From the NCBI GenBank assembly GCA_043821645.1, contig JBDRCO010000108.1:33161-97160 (forward strand): a stretch of DNA of 64,000 nucleotides, read 5' to 3'. This stretch comes from Pseudomonadota bacterium. Its GTDB lineage: Bacteria > Myxococcota > JACRCW01 > JAFGSX01. The first letter of the stretch is position 1. Each line of letters opens with the position of its first letter. Below the pieces are notes generated by a model. It made no database searches. It saw only the letters and a list, made by a program, of their open reading frames with translations, and had not been told where the DNA came from. Below are positions 1-8,960 of the stretch, in pieces. Made by a program: the position numbers and the translations under genes.

Positions 1-175
<175 letters not shown>

Positions 176-180
176 TTGTT

Positions 181-203
181 GAGGGGCGGTCGGCCCGCCC
201 CTC
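181..203 (+). terminator. GC-rich hairpin (9-bp perfect stem GAGGGGCGG/CCGCCCCTC, 5-nt loop) immediately 3' of ssrA; no U-tract
   Basis: Perfect inverted repeat read directly from the sequence 6 nt after the tmRNA discriminator base. Confidence 0.45.
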
Positions 204-224
204 CCCCGCCGGAGTGAATCCGGC

Positions 225-470
225 GGGGCCCCCACCCTGGCAGCACTGGTGCTTGCTCGCAGCGTCGAGGTTGGGGCTTCGGCAGACCCCGCCCTGGCAG
301 CACTGGTGCTTGCTCGCAGCGTCGAGGTTGGGGCTTCGGCAGACCCCGCCCTGGCAGCACTGGTGCTTGCTCGCAGCGTCGAGGTTGGGGGCTTCGGCAG
401 ACCTCGCCCTGGCAGCACTGGTGCTTGCTCGCAGCGTCGAGGTTGGGGGCTTCGACAACCCCAGACCTAG
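225..470. repeat. Tandem minisatellite: about 4 copies of a 57-bp unit (CCCTGGCAGCACTGGTGCTTGCTCGCAGCGTCGAGGTTGGGGCTTCGGCAGACCCCG); the last two copies carry GGGGG and GACCTCG variants
   Basis: Direct reading. Contiguous head-to-tail copies with no spacers. The six-frame ORFs across it on both strands are repeat-generated artefacts. Confidence 0.9.
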
Positions 471-1495
471 CCCAGCTTGACCTCAACGACGTCGATGCGC
501 GACAGATCGTCGACGCCGAGGCCTCGCTTGGCGGCCAGGGCGATGTGGTCGGCAGGACGTCCGGCGGCAGCGACGGTGGTCAGCTTGTTCTTCAGCCGGG
601 TCTGGTCGATGAGGCGTGCACCCACGGCGTCGAGGGCGACGGGGTCGAAACCCAGCCACAGCATGCGCGGCGCGAAGAGCTGGTCCTCGCTGCCGGGCAC
701 GGGACCGCCATCAAAACAGCCCTCGATTCCGTCGACCACGTGCAGCACGAAGCGCTGGCGCACGTCGTCGCGGGCGCAGAAGTCGGCGATGAAGGGGCCG
801 ATGTCCTCGCGGCCGTGAAAGCGCCTGTTGTTGTCGCAGACGCCGTAGGCGATGTTCTTGAGGGTCAGGGTAACGCCGGCCAGACCGTGGTCCTTGAGGA
901 TGGCCAGGTTGACGTGCTTGTTGCACTCCGTCGTGAAGATGCTGCTCAGGCGCGAGGCCTCGGCCTTGGCATCGAAGCTGGGCACGTAGCGGGCGGTGGC
1001 GTCGAACAGCCCGCCGTCGCGGCCGCGTTCCTCGGTGGCCAGGCATCGCACCCCGGGCCCCTTGGGCTTGAGGTCGTAGTTGCAGCGCTTGAGGTGATCC
1101 TCAAAGCGATCCCAGATCACGATGTTGTCGGCCTTGACGCCGACAGCCTGCAGCTCGGCGGCAAAGGCATCCACCAGGGCATGGTGCGTGTACAGCATCT
1201 TCTTGCCGAGGCAGTTGATCTTGAGCCCCACCTTGTCGTCGGGCGAGAACAACTTCTTGAAGGGATCGGGGCTGCCGGTGAGCTTTTGCAGACCCTGGCG
1301 CAGCATGGCGCGCACGACCTTCGGATCGACCTTGCGCTTGGCGTCCACGGCCCTGCTGTCGTGCACCTGCACCACCGTGCTCCTCATGTCCACCGCCGCC
1401 GCCAGGGACGGGCTCGCGCCCAGCACCACGCCAGCACCGATGGCAACACAGGTTCCCTGCTCGACGAACTCGCGGCGCGTGATCTTCTGACTCAT
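467..1495 (-). CDS. DUF362-family protein with twin-arginine (Tat) signal peptide
   Basis: N-terminus 'MSQKITRREFVEQG...' fits the RRxFV Tat motif, followed by a hydrophobic stretch. Overall similarity to DUF362 is recalled, not searched. Confidence 0.5.
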   Translation of the reverse strand: MSQKITRREFVEQGTCVAIGAGVVLGASPSLAAAVDMRSTVVQVHDSRAVDAKRKVDPKVVRAMLRQGLQKLTGSPDPFKKLFSPDDKVGLKINCLGKKMLYTHHALVDAFAAELQAVGVKADNIVIWDRFEDHLKRCNYDLKPKGPGVRCLATEERGRDGGLFDATARYVPSFDAKAEASRLSSIFTTECNKHVNLAILKDHGLAGVTLTLKNIAYGVCDNNRRFHGREDIGPFIADFCARDDVRQRFVLHVVDGIEGCFDGGPVPGSEDQLFAPRMLWLGFDPVALDAVGARLIDQTRLKNKLTTVAAAGRPADHIALAAKRGLGVDDLSRIDVVEVKLG

Positions 1496-1545
1496 GTGTT
1501 CCTCGTCGTGGTTATCGTGGCCGGCCAGGAGCGTGGTGAATGTCC

Positions 1546-2298
1546 TCAGCGACCCTCGGGCCGCGGGGGGCCCCCACCACCCCAGCCGCGGCCACCGAAT
1601 CGCGGGCCTTGCTCCTCGCGCATCTTTTGATACCCGGTGTACTGGTCCTCGTCGAGGACCTCCTTGACCGCCTTGTCCGTGGTGGCGCGCAGGGCCTGCA
1701 TCTGCTCGCGCATGCCGCGAAAGCCAAGCTCGCCCCGACCCTGCTCGAACAGGCTGCGGATCTGCTCGCGCTCCTGGTCGAGGTGCGCATTGAGCTGGCT
1801 GGTCTGCTCCTCGCTCAGGTTGTGATCCTTGGCGAGCTGGGTCACCTGCTCGCGCGAGCGCTCGGCCCAGCGCTGCCGCCGCTCTTCGAAGTGCTCCTCA
1901 TGCAGGCGCCTCTGCTCCTCGGCCACCACGTCCTTGATGCGCTCGCGCACCTCGGGGTTGTCCGAATCCAGGGCATCGAGCAGCACGCTCTCGGGATCGA
2001 CGCCCTCGGCATTGTCACCTGTCGGCGCGTGCCTTGCGGTTTTGGGCAGGGCTCCCTGCCCCAGCTCGCGCCTGGCCATGCGCGTCTGTAACTGAGCCAT
2101 TCGCGATTCCAGCGCCTGCACGCGCTGCAAGCAGCTCCCCTCACCCGGGAGCACGGTGTCGCCCTCGTCGGACGCCGCCGGTGCGCCTCCCTGCACCTGC
2201 AGCTCGAGCTGGTGAATGCGCCGGGCTTGCAGCCCCACTGTGGCCAGGGCCGCGGTGGCAGCGAGCAGGGCACAGATGGCGAGGATGGTGTTTTTCAT
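1546..2298 (-). CDS. Secreted coiled-coil periplasmic protein, possibly a Spy/CpxP-like (LTxxQ-type) stress protein; Gly-rich C-terminus
   Basis: Signal peptide MKNTILAICALLAATAALA. Charged helical repeats containing an 'LSEEQ' motif. Sits on the same strand just downstream of the DUF362 gene. Confidence 0.35.
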   Translation of the reverse strand: MKNTILAICALLAATAALATVGLQARRIHQLELQVQGGAPAASDEGDTVLPGEGSCLQRVQALESRMAQLQTRMARRELGQGALPKTARHAPTGDNAEGVDPESVLLDALDSDNPEVRERIKDVVAEEQRRLHEEHFEERRQRWAERSREQVTQLAKDHNLSEEQTSQLNAHLDQEREQIRSLFEQGRGELGFRGMREQMQALRATTDKAVKEVLDEDQYTGYQKMREEQGPRFGGRGWGGGGPPRPEGR

Positions 2299-2452
2299 GT
2301 TTCACCTGGAGACCACCCCAGGGTGGCTCGTGGCATGACTTTGGCCCGCGACGACGAGGATCGCAAGCCAGGCGGGTCGCTGCGAGTTGCCCATGGCCCA
2401 GGCACGCCCCCCGAAGCGCGACAGAGAGCTCTGCCTGCGCTATCCTGGGTGT

Positions 2453-2860
2453 ATGAACCCCACACCCGATGCGAGCCCGCCCATGACGCCCGAGCGCTTC
2501 TTTGGCGTGGCCCTGCCCCAGATCGCCGCGCGCCAGGCCGGGGTGTTTCGCGCCCTGCGTGGCCGCATCGTCTTCGCCATCGCCGACCACGGCGCCTGGA
2601 CTGTGCAGCTGGGCAACAGCTCCCAGCCCGTGCGCGAAGGCGCGAGCGATGCGGTCGATCTGTCGCTGTTCCTGACCGCCGAGGCCTTTGACCGCCTCAT
2701 CCAGAACTCCCTCGACCTGGAACAGGCTATCGAGCGCAAGGCCGTGGGCTATGAGGGCGACCTGGGTTTGCTCGAAAAGCTGGGTTACTTGCTGGCCTCG
2801 GGCACCAACGCCGATGGCGTGCAGGTGGACCAGGTGTCGATCGGCATGAAGCGGGTCTAG
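2453..2860 (+). CDS. SCP2 sterol-binding domain protein (start uncertain; possibly at 2483, MTPERFF)
   Basis: A ~125-aa core with the SCP2-like pattern '...FRALRGRIVFAIADHGAWTVQLGN...DLSLFLTAEAFDRLIQNSLDLEQAI...'. Confidence 0.5.
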   Translation: MNPTPDASPPMTPERFFGVALPQIAARQAGVFRALRGRIVFAIADHGAWTVQLGNSSQPVREGASDAVDLSLFLTAEAFDRLIQNSLDLEQAIERKAVGYEGDLGLLEKLGYLLASGTNADGVQVDQVSIGMKRV

Positions 2861-2889
2861 AACGCGTCGCAGGGGCGCACGAGGACGAC

Positions 2890-3903
2890 GTGGAACTAAA
2901 AAGCGGAACAACCCTGGAGCAGGCTGCAGCGCGGGTCCGTCAGCACCTGACCCAGGCCGCGGGTACAGACGGATCGCTGAGCAGCGAGGAGCTTGCCGCC
3001 AAGCTTGATGAACTTGCGCCCAGCGAGCGCAGCGCGGTCGACGCCTTTTACAGCGGCGTCAAGAACAAGCTCGGCGCCACCGGCCAGATCTCTCTGGACG
3101 CCATCAACCAGGCCATCGACACCACCCAGGGCGAATTGCAGCAGCTTGCAGGTGGAGCCGACAAGCTCTCGCAGGCCGAGCTCGGGTCGCTGTCGCAGAC
3201 CGGCAACGCCATGGTGGGCCTGGCGCGCAAGCTGCGTGGGGAGCCTGGGGCCAAGCTCGACCCCATCCCACGCGACAAGCTGGCCGGGCTCGAGGGCGAG
3301 CCCCTGCGCGACGCCATCCGCCAGAACAGCGCCCGCCACGTCGAGCTGGGCTACACCGAGGCGCGCCAGGTCATGTTCGGTGCCGTCGACAACAAGCAGG
3401 GTCAGGTTTTTGACGTGTACGCGGGCCGCACTATCCAGACCCAGGGCATTCCCGAGGCGGGTGGACCGGGCGGCGTCAATACCGAGCACACGCGTCCCAA
3501 GTCCACAGGCGTCAAGGACACCGCTGCCGTGAGCGATCTGCACCACCTGTTCCCGACGGACACCGAGGCCAATGCCCGGCGCTCGAGCCTGCCCTTCGGC
3601 GAGGTGGAAACCGTCAAGTGGAGCAAGGGCGAGAGCAAGCTCGGTCTCGACAAGAACGGCCAGCTGGTGTTCGAGCCACCCGAGGCGCACAAGGGCAACG
3701 TGGCGCGCTCGCAGTTCTACGTGTCGACGGTGTACGGGCTGAAGGTCCCGGACGCCGAGGAGGCCGTGCTGCGGCAGTGGAACAAGCTGGATCCCGTGGA
3801 CAGCGCCGAGCGCCAGCGCAACGACGCCATCTCCGCCTACCAGGAGAATCGCAACGCCTTCGTCGACGATCCCGAGCTGGCGGATCGCATCAAGGATTTC
3901 TGA
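2890..3903 (+). CDS. Endonuclease I family (EndA/Vvn-like) non-specific nuclease with an additional ~190-aa N-terminal helical domain
   Basis: C-terminal half carries endonuclease-I-like motifs (HHLFP, NTEHTRP, FEPPEAHKGNVARSQFY, QENRNAF). No obvious N-terminal signal peptide. Confidence 0.6.
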   Translation: MELKSGTTLEQAAARVRQHLTQAAGTDGSLSSEELAAKLDELAPSERSAVDAFYSGVKNKLGATGQISLDAINQAIDTTQGELQQLAGGADKLSQAELGSLSQTGNAMVGLARKLRGEPGAKLDPIPRDKLAGLEGEPLRDAIRQNSARHVELGYTEARQVMFGAVDNKQGQVFDVYAGRTIQTQGIPEAGGPGGVNTEHTRPKSTGVKDTAAVSDLHHLFPTDTEANARRSSLPFGEVETVKWSKGESKLGLDKNGQLVFEPPEAHKGNVARSQFYVSTVYGLKVPDAEEAVLRQWNKLDPVDSAERQRNDAISAYQENRNAFVDDPELADRIKDF

Positions 3904-4054
3904 AGCGCACCTGACGATCGCCTTCCCGTCCCACCCCGCCGACGCGCCTGCCAGAGCACTCTTCCTCGCTATGTAGCTGACGGACCGCTTGGTTCGGGCC
4001 ACGGGCGGAACGGGAGCGCTTCTCGGAAGGCTGTGTGCGCAGGAGGTGAACACC

Positions 4055-5356
4055 ATGGAATGGCGAAACACGACACGACCCCCGGTGCAGACAGCATCAA
4101 CTTCTGTCCGTGAGCCCGTGCGACACGGCCCGCTGGCCGTCCTGGTCGGCGTGGGTCTGGTGCTGAGCCTGGTCGGTGGCGCCCTGGCCCTGGGCCAGAT
4201 TTCCTCGGCTCGTGCCGAAGAAAGGAAGGCCTTCACCGGGCCCACCGAGCTGGCCACCTTTGCCGGAGGCTGTTTCTGGTGCGTCGAGGCCGCCTTCGAC
4301 AAGCTCCCCGGGGTGATCTCGGCCACCAGTGGCTACGCCGGTGGTCCGGAAAAGAACCCGAGCTACGAGCAGGTGTCCGCCGGCAAGACCGGGCACCGCG
4401 AGAGTGTGCAGATCCGCTTCGACCCGGCCCAGATCAGCTATCGCGAGCTGCTCGAGGTGTTCTGGCGCCAGATCGACCCCACCGACGGCGAAGGCCAGTT
4501 CGCCGACCGGGGCAACCAGTACAAGGCAGCCATCTTTGTCCACGATGCCCGGCAGCGCCGCGTGGCCGAGGCCTCGCAGCAGGCCCTGGCGCGCAGCGGG
4601 CGCTTCAAGCAGCCCATCGTCACCCCGGTGCTCGACTTCACGAACTTCTACCCCGCCGAGGAGTATCACCAGGATTTCTGGAACAAGGACCCGCACCGCT
4701 ACAAGAGCTACCGCCGTGGCTCGGGTCGAGCCGGGTTCATCGAGAAGAACTGGGACGTGAACAAGGCCCCCATCCTGGCCGTGGACGAGCTGCCTGGAAG
4801 CGGAGGCGATCAGGTGCCGGCGAACCCGGGCGACCTGCATTCCCCGTCGACACCGCGCAGGGCCGCCGCAGCCCCGGACACCATGACGATGCGCCAGACA
4901 AAGGAGACCACGATGAAGCCGAGCCCGGACAAGATCAAAGAGAGCCTGGACCCCATGCAGTACCGCGTCACCCAGGAGAACGGTACCGAGCCGCCTTTCA
5001 ACAACGCCTACTGGAACAACCACCGCGAGGGCATCTACGTCGACGTGGTCAGCGGCGAGCCCCTGTTCTCGTCGACAGACAAGTTTGACAGCGGCACGGG
5101 CTGGCCCAGCTTCACCAAGCCCATCGATGACCAAAGCATTCAGTCCCGGGACGACAGGGCGCACTTCATGGTCCGCACCGAGGTGCGCAGCGCGCGCGGG
5201 GACAGCCACCTGGGGCATGTGTTTGACGACGGCCCTGCGCCGACAGGCCAGCGCTACTGCATCAACAGCGCGTCCCTGCGCTTTGTGCCGAAGGAAGATC
5301 TCGAGCGCGAGGGCTACGGGCAGTACGGCACGCTGTTCAGCACCCAGCGCAACTGA
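4055..5356 (+). CDS. msrAB: Bifunctional peptide-methionine sulfoxide reductase MsrA-MsrB fusion with an N-terminal membrane anchor
   Basis: MsrA active site 'GGCFWCVE'. The C-terminal half has MsrB motifs '[10 protein letters not shown]...RYCINSASL'. A TM helix ([20 protein letters not shown]) precedes MsrA. The start could also be 3989. Confidence 0.85.
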   Translation: MEWRNTTRPPVQTASTSVREPVRHGPLAVLVGVGLVLSLVGGALALGQISSARAEERKAFTGPTELATFAGGCFWCVEAAFDKLPGVISATSGYAGGPEKNPSYEQVSAGKTGHRESVQIRFDPAQISYRELLEVFWRQIDPTDGEGQFADRGNQYKAAIFVHDARQRRVAEASQQALARSGRFKQPIVTPVLDFTNFYPAEEYHQDFWNKDPHRYKSYRRGSGRAGFIEKNWDVNKAPILAVDELPGSGGDQVPANPGDLHSPSTPRRAAAAPDTMTMRQTKETTMKPSPDKIKESLDPMQYRVTQENGTEPPFNNAYWNNHREGIYVDVVSGEPLFSSTDKFDSGTGWPSFTKPIDDQSIQSRDDRAHFMVRTEVRSARGDSHLGHVFDDGPAPTGQRYCINSASLRFVPKEDLEREGYGQYGTLFSTQRN

Positions 5357-6649
5357 TCACTCGACGCGCGTGAACATGCCCTTGATCCGGAAGGCCGGGC
5401 TGGTGCCTTCGCTCCAGGCCACGAAGTAGAGGCTGCCGTCGACGTGCGTGGCTGCCAGTCCGTAGGGTGGCACAGGGCCCGCCGTGACCAGCGCGGCGGG
5501 GCCAGGTTGCAGGCTCGCGCCATCGTCGGAGAAAGGTGCCACGTACATCTCGTTGCGGAAGCCGCTGATGTTGCGGTACCAGAACACAGCACCACCGCCC
5601 GGCGAGGGCGCCACGCGCGCGCCGAAGTCCAGCCCGCCGCCCTGACCGAAGGTGGCGAAGGCGGCCCCGGACGCGAAGCTGTCACCGTCCATGACGACAA
5701 TGTTGGCATCGATGCCGTAGCTCAGATACGCACCCTCACCCGCGAAAGTAGTTTCCATCGCGCTGTACAGGTCGGCGCCCCAGGTCACCACCAGGCGCGG
5801 AGGACTCGGATCCGGAGTCGAACTGCTCGCGGGGATGCGTGTCTGCATGATCTGGTCGTCGCCGCCGACGGTGCTGCGGGTGTAGCTCAGATACAGGTCG
5901 CCATTGTGGGTCGCCGCCAGACCAGATGTCGTCTGGGACACCGCGTTCTCGACGAGGGCGTCGATGGCCTCTCCTTGCAGGTTGCCGTCGTCGTCGAGGC
6001 GCTGCACGAAGGCCTGAAAAGTGCCGGTCTCGTCGAGGCCACGCTGCGCCGCGATGGCCATACCGGTCCCGGGCAGCAGGACCAGCCGCGGTTCCATCAC
6101 GTTGCCGGTCACCGGGGAGCCCAGGCGTGTGGTCTCGAGGGTGCGGTCGCTGCTCATGCGCGCCGTGCCATCGACGTGGAAGGTGCGGAGGTAGACGTCC
6201 ATGTTGTCGACGCCGGTACCGTTGTCTGACATCCAGGCCAGAGCCAGGCGATCGCCGTCAATGGCGATCCCAGGATCCGTGTCATTGCCTGCGGTGGTGG
6301 TGTTGGCGCGAAAGGCGGGCACCAGGGGCGTGCCGTCGCAGTCCAGGCGCACCAGGTGCACGTCGAAGCCGCTGCCCAGGGTCTCGGGCAGGTTGTACAC
6401 CGCCCAGATCCCGCGGCCATCAAAGGCCACGTCCACGTGAATCTGGGTGTCAGGTCCGGCCGGGTCGATGTCGAAGGGCTGATCCAGGGTCATGGCGTGC
6501 AGGCAGCGCTCGAGGTCCGTCGGGACAGCCGCATCCGCATCTCCGGCGTCCATGGCACCCGCGTCGTCGTCGGGCAGGTGTTCGATCGGGCAAGCCGCGA
6601 GCAGGATAGCCAGGACCAGACCCACCAGAGCTGCGATGTGCTGACGCAT
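5357..6649 (-). CDS. Hypothetical secreted lipoprotein
   Basis: Lipobox 'LAILLAAC' after 'MRQHIAALVGLV'. No recognisable catalytic motif. The TTG start at 6703 given by the ORF track is less likely. Confidence 0.45.
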   Translation of the reverse strand: MRQHIAALVGLVLAILLAACPIEHLPDDDAGAMDAGDADAAVPTDLERCLHAMTLDQPFDIDPAGPDTQIHVDVAFDGRGIWAVYNLPETLGSGFDVHLVRLDCDGTPLVPAFRANTTTAGNDTDPGIAIDGDRLALAWMSDNGTGVDNMDVYLRTFHVDGTARMSSDRTLETTRLGSPVTGNVMEPRLVLLPGTGMAIAAQRGLDETGTFQAFVQRLDDDGNLQGEAIDALVENAVSQTTSGLAATHNGDLYLSYTRSTVGGDDQIMQTRIPASSSTPDPSPPRLVVTWGADLYSAMETTFAGEGAYLSYGIDANIVVMDGDSFASGAAFATFGQGGGLDFGARVAPSPGGGAVFWYRNISGFRNEMYVAPFSDDGASLQPGPAALVTAGPVPPYGLAATHVDGSLYFVAWSEGTSPAFRIKGMFTRVE

Positions 6650-6732
6650 GACGACCTCGCGCGATGTGACCCGCATCCTAGTCACTGGAGGCGGGGCTTC
6701 CAAGCCTTGCTGCGCCGGGCTAGCGTACTGGC

Positions 6733-7584
6733 ATGGTGATTCCGACGACGAAGAGCTCCGACGGGAATCGACCCGGGAAGGGCGGGTGCGCGCGGACGGC
6801 AGGGACCACGATCCTCGGCATGCTGCTGGTGTGCTGTGCGCCAGCCACGGCGCAGGACGCTAGCGAGGACGATGCGGGAGCGCGGGACGGGTCCATTGCC
6901 GTTCCCACGACCATCGCCCTGTACGACGGCCTGGGGGTCTGGCCCGACGGGTTCAGCGCGCTGCAGGGTGCGATCCGCTCGGCGGACCTGGAGCTGCGGG
7001 TGGTGACGGCCGCCGAAGTTCGCGACGGTGTCCTCGACGACGTGGCGGCGCTGGTGATGGGCGGAGGCTGGGCCTGGGACCAGTGGCAAGGCCTCGGTGA
7101 CGACGGGATCTCCGCCATCCGGCGCTTCGTACTCGCCGGCGGTGGCTACCTGGGCATCTGCGCCGGAGCCTACCTGGCCAGCGACGACGTGGTGTGGGAG
7201 GGCACGTGGGTGGCCTATCCCCTCAATCTTTTCAACGGTACGGCTGAGGGGCCCGTCCCCGGCCTGCCGGCCTGGCCGGATGCGGGCACGGCGCAGGTTG
7301 CGCGCGTCGACGGCGAGCACAGCTTGCAGGCGTCGGGGACGCTGGCCGTGTACTACCAGGGCGGCGGCGCCTTCGTGCCCCGGGATCCGACCGAAGTCGT
7401 TCCCTTGCTGCGCTATGCCGACAACAGCCTGGCAGCCCTGGCCCTTGACGCTGGCCACGGCCGGGTGGTGCTCACCGGCGTGCACCTGGAGATGGAACAA
7501 GCCGCGAGCGGTGCCGAGGCGCTGAGCGGTGCCGACAACCGGGCGCTGCTCGACGCCATCCTGCACTGGCTGCGCGCGCCGTGA
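6733..7584 (+). CDS. Class-I glutamine-amidotransferase-like (BPL_N-type) domain protein, secreted
   Basis: 'GGGYLGICAGAYLAS' nucleophile-elbow-like motif and the fold pattern typical of BPL_N/DJ-1-like domains. Hydrophobic signal-like segment near the N-terminus. Confidence 0.35.
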   Translation: MVIPTTKSSDGNRPGKGGCARTAGTTILGMLLVCCAPATAQDASEDDAGARDGSIAVPTTIALYDGLGVWPDGFSALQGAIRSADLELRVVTAAEVRDGVLDDVAALVMGGGWAWDQWQGLGDDGISAIRRFVLAGGGYLGICAGAYLASDDVVWEGTWVAYPLNLFNGTAEGPVPGLPAWPDAGTAQVARVDGEHSLQASGTLAVYYQGGGAFVPRDPTEVVPLLRYADNSLAALALDAGHGRVVLTGVHLEMEQAASGAEALSGADNRALLDAILHWLRAP

Positions 7585-8423
7585 AACCCTTCTTGCCTCC
7601 CGGGGCCCGCGAGATCCTCGTCGCCACGGTGCTGTTCACAGCGATGAACACCCTGGTCAAGTGGCTGCCGCGCATCCCTTCGCACGAGATCGTGTTCTTT
7701 CGCGCCCTGGTCACCATGTTCGCCGGCGCCCTCTTGCTGTGGCGGGCTGGCCTGTCGCCCCTGGGCACCAACCGCCCGTGGCTGCTGGCGCGCGGTGCCT
7801 TTGGCACGGTGGCGCTGGTGCTGTACTTCTGGACCGTGCAGGTCATGCCCCTGAGCTCGGCGGTGACCATACAGTATCTCAACCCGCTGTTCACGGTGCT
7901 GCTCGGCGGCCTGGTCCTCGGCGAGCGCGCCACGCGACGCCAGTGGCTGTTCTTTGCCGTCGCCTTTGCCGGCGTGCCCCTGGTCAAGGGCTTCGATCCG
8001 CGCGTCACGGGCCTCGAGCTGACCGCGGGTGTGGCCTCGGCCCTGTTCTCGGGACTCGCCTACACCGCGATCCGCAAGCTGCGCAGTACCGATCACCCGC
8101 TGGTCGTGGTCTTCTACTTCTCCCTCGTCACGGTGCCCACGGTGGGTGCCTACAGCGCCTGGCACTGGGTCTCCCCCACGGCCCTGGAGGTGATCCTGCT
8201 GGTCGCAGTCGGCCTCCTCACCACGGGCTTCCAGCTGTTGATCACGCGCGCCTACCAGCTTGGCACCGCAGCCAGCGTCAGCGTCTACAATTACCTGGGC
8301 ACGGTGTTCGCGGTGGCCGTGGGCTATGGCGTCTTTGACGAGCACGTCACCCTGACCGCCGTCGCGGGTTTCGTGCTCATCATCGGTGGCGTGGTGATGG
8401 CGACCCGAACCCGTTCACACTAG
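7581..8423 (+). CDS. DMT-superfamily (EamA-like) transporter, 10 TM helices
   Basis: Two EamA-like halves with hydrophobic TM periodicity. GTG start overlaps the upstream stop (GTGA). Confidence 0.7.
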   Translation: MKPFLPPGAREILVATVLFTAMNTLVKWLPRIPSHEIVFFRALVTMFAGALLLWRAGLSPLGTNRPWLLARGAFGTVALVLYFWTVQVMPLSSAVTIQYLNPLFTVLLGGLVLGERATRRQWLFFAVAFAGVPLVKGFDPRVTGLELTAGVASALFSGLAYTAIRKLRSTDHPLVVVFYFSLVTVPTVGAYSAWHWVSPTALEVILLVAVGLLTTGFQLLITRAYQLGTAASVSVYNYLGTVFAVAVGYGVFDEHVTLTAVAGFVLIIGGVVMATRTRSH

Positions 8424-8451
8424 GGAGCTGCACGCTCACCGGGAGTTGCAC

Positions 8452-8949
8452 ATGACCTTTGTCCAAGCATCCATGACGTCGTGCCCCCGTCGTCATTCAG
8501 GAACATGGCTGGTCGTGCTTTTTCTGGCCTGGGCAATGGAGGCGGACGTCCTTGCGCAGAGTGCCCCCGCGGTGACGGGTGCCGAACTGGTGGTGGTCGT
8601 CACCGGCGTGACCTCGCGCGAGGGCGTGCTGCTGGTGGCGCTCTACGATAGCAAGCAGGCCTGGCTCAAGCCGGCGAAGGCCGTGCAGGTGCAGCGCGTG
8701 CCGCCATCGGGAGCGCGTGCCGAGTTCCGCTTCGCGGGTCTGGCTCCCGGGACCTACGCCGTGGGCGTGGTCCACGACGAGAATCGCAACGACAAGCTGG
8801 ATTTCAGCTTCTTCCCCTGGCCCCACATCGAGGAAGCCGCGGGAATGTCCAACAATCCGACCTCGAGTGTCGGACCTCCGTCGTTCAGGGAATCCTCGTT
8901 TAGTCTGGGTTTGCAGGGCGCACGCCTCGAGATCGCGCTGCAGAAGTAG
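8452..8949 (+). CDS. DUF2141-like secreted protein
   Basis: Signal peptide followed by a '...GTYAVGVVHDENRNDKLDFSFFPWP...' core. GGGAG Shine-Dalgarno sequence 6 nt upstream of the ATG at 8452. Confidence 0.45.
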   Translation: MTFVQASMTSCPRRHSGTWLVVLFLAWAMEADVLAQSAPAVTGAELVVVVTGVTSREGVLLVALYDSKQAWLKPAKAVQVQRVPPSGARAEFRFAGLAPGTYAVGVVHDENRNDKLDFSFFPWPHIEEAAGMSNNPTSSVGPPSFRESSFSLGLQGARLEIALQK

Positions 8950-8960
8950 GCAGGAGTTCC

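Noticed and set aside
225-470. 57-bp direct repeats considered as a CRISPR array
   Set aside because: The copies are contiguous with no intervening spacers and no cas genes are present. It is a tandem minisatellite.
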